Source of the DNA: Patellaria atrata CBS 101060
Lineage: Eukaryota
Assembly (NCBI GenBank): GCA_010093705.1
Contig: MU006103.1
Coordinates: forward strand, 372,001-436,000
Reading direction: 5' to 3'
Length of the DNA stretch: 64,000 nt
The position numbers were made by a program, and so were the translations under genes. Below are positions 1-12,246 of the stretch, piece after piece. A model generated the notes under the pieces. It saw only the letters and a program-made list of their open reading frames with translations, was not told where the DNA came from and ran no database searches. Position 1 is the stretch's first letter; the number at the start of each line of letters is the position of its first letter.

Positions 1-669
1 TGACAGATAGTTGATAGATCCACCAAAGGACCCATACTTCAACAGTACCCATGGTCGCCAATAGCACCAATACTCCAACAGCGCCACCATCTAACAATAC
101 TTAACTTATAAGTCGGAGCCGAGCACTTAGCTCTGAAAACCTCCAACATAAGGCTTGGGAGATCAGCCGTCTGACAGCTCTTCATTCTATCAGAACCAGC
201 CAGTTTGGTATAAGTCGTCAATTTGAAGGTTGCTTTTACTGAACTGTATAGACAATTGAAAGGTCGCAATGGTAAGGTACAAGTTCATCGGTATACTATT
301 ATCTGCACAGAGAGAGTACTGTACAGCAACGAAGGATCGTCCCATCATGCTTGAGTGGGATATTTAGGATGACGTTCTGGATGTAGGTATGTTTAAATCA
401 TACATTTCGAACTGGAAGATATACAAGGTCAAATAGGTTAAAACATGTTGCTCATACTCGAGAGACAATGTAATGGTAAGATATTCCGACCTTGCTTGAG
501 ATGATGTTGTTATTAAGGTAATTACCCAAAACGGACATAGCCTGGAGGGGAACAGCTGTCCCATCATCCTCACATGCCCCTTCCTCCATCCCCCACGCAA
601 AAAGTCCTCACTCACCAGCGAATCCTAAACTACAACCCTCCAAACCCACAGTACTACTCCCCTCTCACA

Positions 670-1883
670 ATGGAGCTCGCCCAATTCGACAACGACCCGA
701 ACCTCTACCTCTTCACCTCCCTCACCGCCGGCTCCTCTCACATCGTCACGGCAACCTCGCGCATAGAAACGATCCTAAAAGCAAACCGCATCCCCTTCAC
801 CTATAAAGATACCGCGACCGATGAGCTCGCGAAGAAGCTCTTCCAGCGACGTGGCGCGAAGAAGAAGCTGCCCTTGCTCGTCAGGCAGGGTTACGTCATT
901 GCGGTATGTGCTCCTAATTCCACGACGCAAAACCGGGGGGGAAAGGGGGCATGGTGTATGGAGGCTAATTTACATTGGGAGTTTTCTAGGATCTAGAAGA
1001 GGTAGAGGATTGGAACGAGATGGATGAAATAGAGGAAAACCTCGGCGATGTGCCTGGCGCGGGGACTATCCCTATGTCCACCGCGCCCACGCCCGCCGCA
1101 TCTTCCACATCCACGCCCGTAAAACAGGCTTCTGCACCGCCGAAACCGAAGGAGGAAGACTCGAAGGCTCTGCCTATGCGGCAGTTGGCCTCTGAGGCTG
1201 CGTCCGTCGCTACAGCGAAGAAGAACGCGGCGGCTGCGGCCCTGAAGCAGACGACGGCTTCTACGATAAGTTCTACGGCAAAGTCTACGGGTAGTACATC
1301 TACAGGTGCATCAATGGGGGAGGAGTCATCTACGTCCTCCACCGCTGCCAAACCTGAGGTTCCACCACCTGCTCAAGCTAGCCCTTCCGGCCCAGCGAAG
1401 ACACATAGAGGGTCGAGTATCAGTTTGGCAAGCGAGGAGGAGATAAAAGCGATTGAGAAAGCGACTGCAATACCTGAGGAGGATGAGGAAGACGAAGAGG
1501 ATGAGGAAAGCGAGGAGGATGAGGAAGACGAGGAGGATGAGGAAGACGAGGAGGATGAGGAAGACGAGGAGGATGAGGACAAGGGAAAGGTCAAACCGGC
1601 GGTACCAGCCACATCCAATGCGGAGAAAGCAGCTGAGGTCAAGCCGGTCACTGAACTGGATGACAAGGGAACGAGTAATTCAGAAGCGAAGAAAAAGCAT
1701 ATGGCAGAAAATGAAGACGAGGACGAAGAGAACGAAGGGGACGATGATGATGATGATAGTGAAGAGGAAGAAAGTGATGAGAGTGACGAAGACCTAACAG
1801 CCATTACATCAAAGATGCCTACAGCAATTGAGACTCAGGGAGCTAAGGAGCCTGAAAATGCAGGAGTTAGTGTAGAGGACTAA
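670..1883 (+). CDS. SH3BGR/glutaredoxin-like (thioredoxin-fold) protein with a long acidic low-complexity C-terminal tail; 2 exons
   Basis: ATG at 670. Intron 904..989 (GTATGT, GCTAAT branch, CTAG) joins LYLFTSLTAGSSHIVTATSRIETILKANRIPF...LPLLVRQGYVIA in frame to DLEEVEDWNE, resembling the SH3BGR-like fold. Poly-E/D tracts follow. Confidence 0.75.
1480..1580 (+). repeat. Coding 18-bp minisatellite (GAGGATGAGGAAGACGAG)n, about 5 copies, encoding (EED)n
   Basis: Tandem GAGGATGAGGAAGAC(GAG/GAA) units are visible in exon 2 of the first gene. Confidence 0.85.
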
Positions 1884-2096
1884 TTAATTTGTATTATGTG
1901 ATTGAAGATATCCATAAAGCGTAAACTATGAATTTTTATTCTCGATATGACATTGCCCGTGTGCTCATTATCATGCTACCACAAGCTATGTACGGTAAAG
2001 ACCGATTGAATTAACAGTTACCCAATGAAGTCATAAAGTCACAACCAAAAGTAAGCGAAAGAGGTATAAGAGAAACGAACGGAGACCGGTTCCAGA

Positions 2097-3435
2097 TCAA
2101 GCGAAAGCGGCATAGCTTTCAATTTTCGTGGCAAAAACGATACTGAGGGCATCTCGAACCTCAAATTCTTCCAGCACGGCCCCAAAGCTAAACGATGTCA
2201 GATGATCTAGCAATATATATAATATAAGCGAGGATTACTTACCCATAACATCTCACCTTTGCCAGAAGATCTTCCTTGATCGTCTGGAAGTCTTCCTTAG
2301 TGAGTTCATTCACACGGGGATGTTGTAGGATGCTCGCCCACGCCATGATAGGCGTAATCTCGCCATCGAGCGGTAGCCGATTGCTGAGATCGAGTAGCTT
2401 GAGCAGGTCGTTCATCGATACGTCCGGCATCTTGTGCGGATACTTTTCTTCGGGGTGCTCGTGGATGTGGCTCTCCGGTGGGCACGAGGCGTTCAGCACA
2501 TGGCCGCTGAAGCTACCTTCAGCATCCTGGGATCTTAGGAGAAGGAACTGGGCATGGTCTAAACATGGTCGCTCGAGTCTGAGGAGAGACACAGGTGTCA
2601 GAAACGATTGTTCCAATCAGGTGAGGGCTGGTGAAGGCCCTACGTATAGTATGCTTTGGATAAGAGAGATAACAGATATACAAGAGAGATGGATTGGGTT
2701 ATTGTTGCGGTGGAGGTGAGAGATATGGTGTTCGATCGTACGTTAAGACAAAATCAATGCCTATCTGGCCATAGTCCATATTGCCTCGATCGAGTTGCTC
2801 TATTGGCGGCTGTCCTTGTATCGATTGGGATGGAAATCCCAAACCTGATGTGCTTGGCGGTGATGTCATGCCGGTGGAGTTTGTTCTGGGATTATAACTC
2901 CCAGAAACGCTACCACTGGAGCTTCCTCCATAACTAGTCGAGCTTCCATTAAAACCTAAGCCGGGACTTAAGTTCGACCCGTCTATTGAAATGCCGTGAG
3001 CAGCTAAAAGGTCTCGCAACTTTCGATTCTCTTCTGCAAAGCGGTCACGTTCGCGTGCAGTATTAGCAAACACCTCCTTGAGACGTAACACTTCTTGTTC
3101 GAGAGCTTTGATATACATCTCTTTTCGTTCTCGGTGTGTTCTGTAAGATGGATATAAGTTCATGCTAGAATGTTGAATTATGGAAGGACTTGCCTCTGAG
3201 CTTGTCGGTTGAGCTCTTGCCTACGAGTTAACGCCGGTTTACTATCTGGTTTGGGACCCCGTCTCTTGGGAGTCTGGCCATCTGAATTTCATAAGTATCA
3301 TGGTTGCATGAAAGTAGAGTGGAGAGTACCTTTCGTGGTTTTCTTATCTCCCGTTAGGTTCTTTAAAAAGCCAAAACTAGCCAAAGGGCTCTTTGAGCTA
3401 TTTGATTCGCTACCTGCTATCAAGTCTTGCACCAT
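2097..3435 (-). CDS. flbB: bZIP transcription factor, FlbB-like; 5 exons (start may be further upstream, e.g. ATG at 3618)
   Basis: Introns 3282..3329, 3141..3193 (GC-AG), 2579..2741 and 2188..2242 give KKTTKDGQTPKRRGPKPDSKPALTRRQELNRQAQRTHRERKEMYIKALEQEVLRL (basic region and zipper). The C-terminus GEITPIMAW...KVRCYGFGAVLEEFEVRDAL resembles Aspergillus FlbB as I recall it. Stop TGA at 2097-2099. Confidence 0.8.
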
Positions 3436-6029
3436 ACCACCATCCGTCGAAACATAATCGGTAGGGCTTCCTCGGTTGCTACCTTGACTTACACTCCCCG
3501 CGGAGCGAGTATGAAAGGGGGTAGCTCTCGAGGAACCCCTCACGATTTGTTCGGTAGGATGATAGTTGGTGCGCGCCGTTAGCCCGTCTGTCCACGACAG
3601 TGAATATGAATGAGACATGGGAAGGTGGAGAAATGAAAAATAAGAGTGTAACAGAGTGAGTTCGAAATTAATGAAGGGAACAAGCGTCGCCTTGCTAATG
3701 AAGATTGTCAAGGAGATAAATGAAGCGCCGGCATCAATGGATTTAATAGCTGGAGGCGATCATGCCATGATAGCTGTTAAGTCCACAGTACCAATCGGAT
3801 ATACAGCTTAATGTATTCTCATACAGGTCAAGAAGTCGAAGACCATGCCTTATAGACAAGGTGAAAGGGTCGACCTGTACAAAACGGGGACTGTATAGGC
3901 CGATTGGCTAGCAGAGTACGAGATAAGAGTAGGCTACGCATGAGGGAATAGGAAGAACACAAATCGTCCGTTACAGCTGACGACATACGACTCAGATTCG
4001 TGGTTGACGATGGCGTCGAGATCCCATGTTTCCCGAATGATGGTGGTGCAGCGAAGGTAGATGGAAGCATGAAAGAAGGGCAGACTAAGGATACATCAAA
4101 CACTTACCATATCCATAACTGTTCGACCTGTGGTGACCCGATTCGCTGCCGCCAATCGCAGTCTCGGTAGGAGATATAGTAGCCATGCTATTGGGTTTGC
4201 ATCTGCGGTTGACGGTCTACCAAACAGTAAGCCTCGGTTTTGCATGCTTTGACATAGAAAGGCGGAGAATGATTCAATACAGATATGAAGCTCGCCGTGG
4301 AAGATTTGGCAAGATAGGGTATGTCGTTCCATGCAAAGCGTCGCTAAGCTAAGCCTCCACACGAAACAATAATGCACAACGTAATCGAAGAGTCAAATGG
4401 AGACGACGAGTTTCGGTGAAATGGGGGCAGTGCATTGAAAAAGAACGGGAGTCCTGAGGTAGAAGAAATAGAGATGGGAGAAGAGGATACAGTTATATGG
4501 AATTGTCGAACGCAAGCACTGAATTGGAGAATAATGCCCAGAGCAGCACAGCGCAGCGCAGCAGGGGATATTGATACTCGATGCTTGGAGTGGATCTGGC
4601 ATGATATACAGAAAACTTACTTACTAGTTGATGAGAGAGTATGGGCAAGAGTCCGCTGGACGTCGATATTCTTGATAAGGTAGGGTTGAAGCGGTTGGTT
4701 GGCAGTTATTTGGAATCCTCGAACATAAGCCGGAGACGGAGAGGCGCTAGTCCCGTTGCACTTGAAGAGGGCTGAAGCAACTTTTGTAAGGAGCGAGGGG
4801 AGGGGAATCACGAGAGAAGGAAAGAAGGAAAGAACCTAATAAGCAGTGGAGATGGGTAAACTGAAAACAAAAACTTTCGGAATGAGAGGGAACAGGATGA
4901 AGCTTTGCTGGAATGTAGTTGGGGGGTGCGGGATAGATTTGTACAGTACGTTTTCTCCTTGTAATGGCAAATAAATGGACGAAGAGATGGAAAATGATGG
5001 ACGAAAATGGCCTACCTTAGCGGTCAATGCTTAATGTTGCGGGGCTCGCTTACTTCCTTTAGGTACACAAACTTTGTCCGTGGCGATAACAGCGATAATA
5101 TGCACAATGGAAATACTGCAGTACCTCCTCTTCTGTCTTATTGTCAGCACTCAGAAAGTTGAGCATGAGACCTCTTTTGAGTTTATATTCCATAGGCATA
5201 TGCAGGGATAATGCTCGATTAGACTTGGGTGCTAACCAGAACTCAGAAGATACGGTACTGTACCTCTACTCGTAAGGTACTCAGTATTTCCTAGCAATAT
5301 CTTCGTCAGAGTCAGATGAATAACTGTGTGGAATATTTTCTCACACCGTTATATGATAACTCTGCACAGTACTTATAGATGGTCTTCGCAGTCAAGTTAT
5401 TCTTGTTACTCAATCCCTTTAGTGCTGATCGGGGCTTCAAAGTGGCACCGTTCTTCGAAATAGAGACCACCCTTCGTTGTTATGGGCAGATATGATTCAC
5501 ATAATCACGTCCTGGGAATTGTGTTGCTAGATATTATTATAGTTCTCTGCTCAAATGTGCTGGAACTACTCCTCTTCCCTGCTTTTGCCCGGCTCAAAAG
5601 CAATAGTTCTATCAGGAATATGCAAAGTCGAGTCGGTTGGCGCAAATACTACGTGGTCATATTCTTTTTTATATCATTGAATGACTGCTTCCTCTTGAGT
5701 ATCTATTGCCCGTATTCCATTAGCCAGATCGCTGATAAGATAGCTCGTAACTATTTCCTAAATAGTGCAACAGATATCCATGTTTTGTTCCACTAGGGCA
5801 AGTTCTAATACCATCAGTGACCTCCACTCGTTCGATCGTTAATAAAATCTCTATCCCAGACTCAGTAACCCCACCTACTCCCAGTTATAAATATGCCTTA
5901 TGTGAAGTCCCTTTACCCCAAGATAGAGGTCTGTAGCTGAATTCCACTTTGCATGTCCTACCGTGTTCTTTGGTGCAAAACCCTTTACTCTCTAAAGTTA
6001 TCTCGTTGTCTTACTATTTCGACTATAAT

Positions 6030-7747
6030 ATGGGGCTAGTTTCAGCTACCAATGCTCTCCTAATATTGTTTTGCTATATTGTCTATAAACAAATTCTATC
6101 TTATCTTTCTTTCCGACGTTTTGAGCAGTTTGCACATAGAAACGGCTGTGAGCCACCACCACCCGGGCCTAGTAAATGGCCGTGGAGTTTGGATCGCTTC
6201 ATTCGAGTACTCAGAATCGGGCAGACCGGCGAAGATCTCCTTGATGATTATTTGTGCAGTGCGTACAAAGAACTCGGACGATATACATATTTCGGAACAG
6301 GGCCTTTCGGGAAACGTTCTGTACAGACGATAGAACCGGACAACATCAAGGCGATTCTGGCAACGAACTTCAAAGACTATGAGCTGGCATCTGGGAGATA
6401 CAAACAATTCTCACCTCTTCTAGGCAAGGGAATCTTTACAACTGACGGAGAAGCCTGGGAACATTCTAGAGCACTTTTCAGACCACAGTTTGCGAGGGAT
6501 ATGATCAATGACTTGGATTCCATTGAAAGACACGTACAAGCTCTGTTCCGGGCAATCCCAAAAGCCAATGACGGATGGACTACAGAATTCGATTTGATGC
6601 CGCTTTTGTTCCGCCTCACTCTCGATACAGCGACTGAATTTCTCTTTGGGGAAAGCGTTAATACGCAATCTTCTAAGAACCCGTATACCGCTCTTTCGGG
6701 TCAGAGGGGACGAGACGTTGGGAATTCTCGGATTGCGAAATCTAAAACTGCGATGGATTACGACGAAGCATTCACCATTATAGGACACTACGTATACAAG
6801 CGGATGCGCTACCATTTTTTATATTTCGTAGCAGACGGATTCGAATTTAGAAACGCCATACGGACGCTGAAAGGCTTTGCCGATCTCTATGTGCGCAAAG
6901 CTTTTGAATCGGCGAAGCATGATATTGAGAAAAGACCGTCCGCGACTGATGGCCGGAAAGAAAAGTTTGTCTTGCTGAAGGCGCTCGTCCAGGACACGCA
7001 GGATCCCGAAAAGCTTAGAGATGAATTATTGGGTACGCATTCCAGAAGCATATTGTCATCTGTAGCCATCAAGAATATTTTTTTTACTGACTTACGGGCT
7101 TTTTAGCATTACTCCTGGCCGGCCGGGATACAACATCATCATTTCTAACTTGGGTATTCCTTCTCCTTTGCAGAAATCCGCGGGTGTTTAACAAACTCCG
7201 GAATGAGATCATGAGTACTTTTCCACCTAACGCTAGGAAATCTCAGGAGAACCTCTCTTTCGCCTCGCTCAAGTCTTGTCGTTACCTTCAACATACAATG
7301 CTTGAAACCTTGCGTCTCTATTCCATCATCTACGTCAATATCCGCGTTGCGATTCGAAATACAGTGTTGCCCATCGGTGGAGGGCCATCTGGCACCGCTC
7401 CTCTCGCAGTGAAAAAAGATGATGCAATTATATACTCAACGTATGCGCTCCATAGACGGCCTGATCTGTGGGGCCCAGATCCAGATCAGTTCAGACCAGA
7501 GAGATGGGAAGGCCGCAAAAGTGGATGGGATTTCCTGCCATTCAATGGCGGGCCTAGGGTATGTCTGGGTCAGCAATACGCATTGACTGAAACTGGATAT
7601 GTCATAGTACGAATGCTACAGACTTTTGATAAGATTGAAGGCATTGGACCAGGAACCAGTGCGGACGAAAAGCCGAATAAAGCCTTAGGGGTTACACTCT
7701 ATCCTCGGGATGGTATTAAGATACGACTGAGAATAGCTAATGATTAG
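6030..7747 (+). CDS. Cytochrome P450, CYP52 (alkane/fatty-acid hydroxylase)-like; 2 exons
   Basis: N-terminal membrane anchor, GIFTTDGEAWEHSRALFRPQF, intron 7033..7106 restoring I-helix LLLAGRDTTS, ETLR (ExxR), PERW and heme motif FNGGPRVCLG. Confidence 0.93.
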
Positions 7748-8974
7748 ATTAGTCAAGGGCGTAGCTGTTATGATCCTTTCTCTTACAGTGGATATTGTGT
7801 CGCTTGAGGTGGTGGTAGGCGGGATGTTCCTGTTCTGCTCACTTAAGGTCGATAAGGTACAGAACTTTTTGAACTCAACTCTTTACCTTACCTATTTAAT
7901 GTATGGAGTATATAAAAAGCAATCTACAAGAACAAATTTGGATTGATTCTAATATCACGCTCCATCACGCTCTTCGACCTTAGTGAAAGAGAACGGGAAT
8001 GGCGGTGATGGTCATGTATCACAAGCGCTTGATTGAATCGAATCCATTCGTGCGGACAAATTCCGACTTTGTTCGGGGAATCGGCAAGTCGGTTCGAAAG
8101 TCAGGGGGCTGATCGGCTCCTTCTCGGGTGAACTACCGACATCAGCCCTCGAAAGTGTTATACCTATCTCCTAGAAATTGTTTTTATCAATCTCTTATAC
8201 CTCACAATACAATTCTCTGGGTCCCAAGACATAATGTCTGAGTCAATTGTCATCCGCCAGTTCTGTTGAACATAGAGAGTTGCCGTCCCTTTCCTCAGTA
8301 ACCTCTACTTACTCCGCAATCCACTCCAGTGTCTCACCGTTAACCAGTGTGTACCCTCCACGCAAACGTATTCCTCCCTCTACCACCTAAAACTCGCACG
8401 TAATTACCCACTGGTTGATTGACCTTACTTTCCCTTTCGAGTAGCAGTGGAGCCGTCGTAGAGTACCCACGCAGACCGTCAGGCTGATATCTCAACTTAC
8501 TCTGGTGCTATTGGAAAATCAGTACACAAAAAGGAATTGGAAGCGGGTGCACCAAAAAGAAATATCACTGGAGAGTTTTATGAAGCAAGAAAGCTTCTTT
8601 CTTCTATAAAATTATAGATTTTGAGAATATAAGGAGCCAAACAGCAGGGCACAAATCTAAGGCCCAGTTCCTGACAGGACCGTCGACTTTCATAACCTGA
8701 AGATGCTTAAGTTTTTTGTTTGCTCTTAGTCTGGCGTCATAGTTTTGGCATGACTGTATTTTTTTACTCGTGCCTCGATACCTTGACTTTTGGATTTCTT
8801 GGCTGTCGGTCTCTGCCTTGACGGGTATAAATAGTCTCTAGCTCCTCACTGTGAATTTCAATATCTCCAAGATCGGCGAACCTCCTCCTCAGTTTTGCAC
8901 GAGTCTTCAAACTCGTTTCTGCCTAAATTTGCCCCGGTCCTAGACGAGATAAAGGAAGTACTCCTCTCTAATAG

Positions 8975-9059
8975 GTATGTCTGCGTCATCATGTTCCAGC
9001 AGTGTCAATACCGACATGATCTTTATTTACATGAAATGTCTAATCCTAATGTTAACTAG
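8975..9059 (+). other. Probable 5'-UTR intron of the Rad53-like kinase gene
   Basis: AG|GTATGT donor at 8975, CTAAT branch site and TAG acceptor at 9059, 25 nt before the ATG at 9085. This explains the apparent N-terminal extension in the ORF track. Confidence 0.6.
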
Positions 9060-9084
9060 TTGGTCGGATACTCTTTCTGTAACC

Positions 9085-12000
9085 ATGGAGGACGAGAACA
9101 CGCAAGTACTCACTCAACAAGTTCTTGATCCCCGTAGGCTTGGGGCTACAAACTCAAGTTTGAATGAGTCGGACATATCAGATGTGATATGTATTCTACA
9201 TCCCTCATCTCCAGCAGCTTTCCGAGTCGTCGCAAGTGCCGCTGAGCGTACTCCTCAGCATGTACTTCAGAATCGCGGCCTATTAACATTCAGCGATGAT
9301 GAAGCTTTAGAGGGAGCAGAAGAAGCAGATACATTCATACTCGCGGAGCATTCTGATCAACCACAAGATCTTGCTTTAAGATTCTCCTCAAGAACCATAA
9401 AACCCTTCTTAGGTTTCTGTTTCGGACGCAATCCTAATCAGTGCGATGTTGTCCTAAGTACAATGTCGGTCAAGAGGGTTAGCAATCTTCACTTCCGCAT
9501 ATTTGTTACCAAAGATGGCATTATCATGATTGAGGATCTTTCCACCAACGGCACCTTAGTGGACGAACGACACCTGAAGGGGAAGGCGAGCGAGCTTCCT
9601 GCTACAAGAATGCTCAACCAGGGCTCTGTCATCCAAATTCCATCTGCAAATCCGGACGAAACGATTAAATTCATTTGCCGCATGCCCTCTCGTGAAGGTC
9701 ATGAGGAAGAGTTTGCTAATAAATTTGATGCGTATATTGCGCGTGTTACCGAAACTCAAGACCCGCATATGCTGGACGCTTTAGGTCATCCAAAACGTAT
9801 TCATGCAGAGCGAAGACAAGTAGTACCTCAAAAAGGAAAACGCCCAACTATGACAAGTGCTTATTCCCACGGTATGCACTGGAATGGAGGCGACCAGTAT
9901 AATGTTGTAGGTCTACTTGGGAAAGGGGCGTTCGCTATCGTGTACCAGATCGCACACGCCATGGATGGCCGTTTACTTGCAGCTAAGGAGCTGGAAAAGA
10001 GACGATTTATCAAGAACGGCCAGCTTGACCAACGTCTTGATAACGAAATGCGAATCATGCAAGCGCTATCCCATCCTAACATAGTACAATACATCGACTA
10101 CAAGGATGATAATAATCACCTATATATCATCATGGAGTACGTTTCTTGCGGTGATCTTCAGGGTTATTTACATAAACACGGAGTATTAACGGAAGAAATG
10201 GCCAAACTTATGGCCCGTCAAATTCTTAATGCATTATCCTACTTGCACGCTAAAAACATCACCCATAGAGACATCAAACCTGACAACATACTCATCTCTT
10301 CTTACGAACCTTTCACTGTTAAGCTATCTGATTTTGGTCTTTCGAAAGTCGTTAAAAACAATGATACATTCCTTAAGACATTTTGCGGGACACTACTTTA
10401 TTGTGCTCCTGAAGTCTTTCCCCACTATGATGCCCATGTGGCGGGAAGGCGTGAGAAACGACGAAGGTCTGGACCAAACGGCAAGCCAGAAAATTTTCAC
10501 TCGTATAGTCAATCTGTAGACATTTGGTCTTTTGCGGGAGTTCTTTGGTTCTCTCTTTGTGGCCAGCCACCATTCGAGGGCGTAATGGATCACAACGGTC
10601 GCGGAATGTTTGACAAGATTATGGACACGGCTCTCGATGTTACACCGCTGAAGGATAATGGTGTCTCAGACAGTGGTATCGGTCTACTCCGAGACATGCT
10701 TAATACTAACCCTGCGCTACGACCAACCGAGAGACAGTGTTTGCGACATCAATGGCTCTACGACGATGTGGATCAACGGGCGGATTCTCCCACAAGAGGA
10801 TTGAAAATGATCCCGGAGGAGAGTGAGGCTAAGGAAGCCGAAACCGAAGCACAGTTGTCACAGTTGAGTCTTCGCGATCACGCTACTGGCGGTGCAGAAG
10901 AAATTGATTACGATTCGGACGATTTCAACTTTCTAAATCCTCGGGAGTCGAAGAGGATCAAGCCCGATATGCTTTACCCACGTAATCAGATTCGCGATCA
11001 GACTGAAGCAACCTCAAGCGCAGATGTATCTTTCGAGCGACCTCGATTTGTAGTTGACGGAGATGAAAGCTTCACCGTCCCCTCCTATCATCCTCGCCCA
11101 AACAGATTGTTCGGTGAGATTGGACAATCTGCGCTAAAGAACCCAAAAGCTTTAGACTTTCATGTCGCTCAAGCTCTCGAGCCACGAGATTCCTCTGCTT
11201 CCGCCGACAGCTCTCATGTGTCACGATGGGATGCATTTGGCGGAGTAGATACTACAGCTGCTTCCATGCATGAACCAGATGTCAATGCGCATGCACAAAA
11301 CCGGGAAGATTTCAACGGCAGTAGCCTTCTAGGAACGTTATCAATGGTTCGAGAGCTCAATATGGCGTCTCCACAATCCGCATATTCCCCGGTAAATGAA
11401 CCACCGACCCCGAAAACGCCGAGCTCATCTCAGAACTTATCGTTTCAAAATGGAGATACATCTGAGGCCGTGGGAAGTCTTTCTGAAGAACCCACTCCGA
11501 AACAGCCAGCGTTCAGCCGGCAAATCAATATCAGTATACCCCCACAGCCTCCATCAATTTATTTCGACTCAGAGGATCCAAGTACACACAGTCCCCAGTA
11601 CGACCTCGACGTTAGTGGCCAAGTCTTTACCGGAGGGGAAGACAGAACACTGGTAGATACATCAGGTACTATTTTGCTCCCGGACACCATGACAGCCCCC
11701 CCTGGAGGACCGATAGACGAAGTACAGAAAGTTGATGGGATACCAACGCTACTTCCACAGGAATTTCGGCGTCCCCGCCCAAGGTTAGGCAGAGTATACT
11801 CAACTATAGATTCCTTCACTACCATCCACCTTCGACTCGAAGACCGCATAACATCTTGGGGTCGTTGGCCAGCGAATTCACACGTCTACCCTGATGGGAA
11901 TGACACGCGAATACCAAAGAACGCTTTCAGTATCTACTTCCATGCCGCAGGGATTGAGAAGGTCCAGGAAGAGGATAAGGATTGGACGAGCTTGGACGGT

Positions 12001-12246
12001 CTACATACTGGAATCACAACCGACACTAAGCACGGCATCCATATCAATGGAGTGAAGCTGATGCCGGAAGATAGTAAGGATGGAAAGCCACTATATGGTA
12101 GACTGTACACCGGAGATGTTATCACTATATACCAAGGAAGCAGAACGAGCGCCCCATTGCGATTTGTGTGCGAATTTTACCACGGAGAAGCAGCGCGGGC
12201 TAGACCCGCCGGGAGTGGATTTGAGGTCAAGAAATCTTCATATTGA
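9085..12246 (+). CDS. RAD53: Checkpoint Ser/Thr kinase, Rad53/Chk2 family (TQ cluster, FHA, kinase, second FHA-like domain)
   Basis: N-terminal TQ motifs (ENTQVLTQ), FHA (FGRNP...SNLHF...DLSTNGT), kinase motifs GKGAFA, AAK, HRDIKPDN, DFG, TFCGTLLYCAPE, and a C-terminal FHA-like region (WGRW...INGVKL). Confidence 0.85.
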   Translation: MEDENTQVLTQQVLDPRRLGATNSSLNESDISDVICILHPSSPAAFRVVASAAERTPQHVLQNRGLLTFSDDEALEGAEEADTFILAEHSDQPQDLALRFSSRTIKPFLGFCFGRNPNQCDVVLSTMSVKRVSNLHFRIFVTKDGIIMIEDLSTNGTLVDERHLKGKASELPATRMLNQGSVIQIPSANPDETIKFICRMPSREGHEEEFANKFDAYIARVTETQDPHMLDALGHPKRIHAERRQVVPQKGKRPTMTSAYSHGMHWNGGDQYNVVGLLGKGAFAIVYQIAHAMDGRLLAAKELEKRRFIKNGQLDQRLDNEMRIMQALSHPNIVQYIDYKDDNNHLYIIMEYVSCGDLQGYLHKHGVLTEEMAKLMARQILNALSYLHAKNITHRDIKPDNILISSYEPFTVKLSDFGLSKVVKNNDTFLKTFCGTLLYCAPEVFPHYDAHVAGRREKRRRSGPNGKPENFHSYSQSVDIWSFAGVLWFSLCGQPPFEGVMDHNGRGMFDKIMDTALDVTPLKDNGVSDSGIGLLRDMLNTNPALRPTERQCLRHQWLYDDVDQRADSPTRGLKMIPEESEAKEAETEAQLSQLSLRDHATGGAEEIDYDSDDFNFLNPRESKRIKPDMLYPRNQIRDQTEATSSADVSFERPRFVVDGDESFTVPSYHPRPNRLFGEIGQSALKNPKALDFHVAQALEPRDSSASADSSHVSRWDAFGGVDTTAASMHEPDVNAHAQNREDFNGSSLLGTLSMVRELNMASPQSAYSPVNEPPTPKTPSSSQNLSFQNGDTSEAVGSLSEEPTPKQPAFSRQINISIPPQPPSIYFDSEDPSTHSPQYDLDVSGQVFTGGEDRTLVDTSGTILLPDTMTAPPGGPIDEVQKVDGIPTLLPQEFRRPRPRLGRVYSTIDSFTTIHLRLEDRITSWGRWPANSHVYPDGNDTRIPKNAFSIYFHAAGIEKVQEEDKDWTSLDGLHTGITTDTKHGIHINGVKLMPEDSKDGKPLYGRLYTGDVITIYQGSRTSAPLRFVCEFYHGEAARARPAGSGFEVKKSSY

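Noticed and set aside
986..1804. Antisense and alternative-frame ORFs (poly-Ser, RRMRKT repeats) and similar short overlapping ORFs throughout the track
   Set aside because: Shadows of real coding sequence and of the acidic minisatellite, with no independent coding evidence.
6030..7747. Secondary-metabolite cluster around the P450
   Set aside because: No PKS, NRPS or terpene synthase, tailoring enzymes or Zn2Cys6 regulator nearby.
8100..8156. Hammerhead ribozyme (CTGAT...GAAA)
   Set aside because: The core is CTGATCG rather than CTGANGA and is buried in a helix; three-stem geometry is absent.
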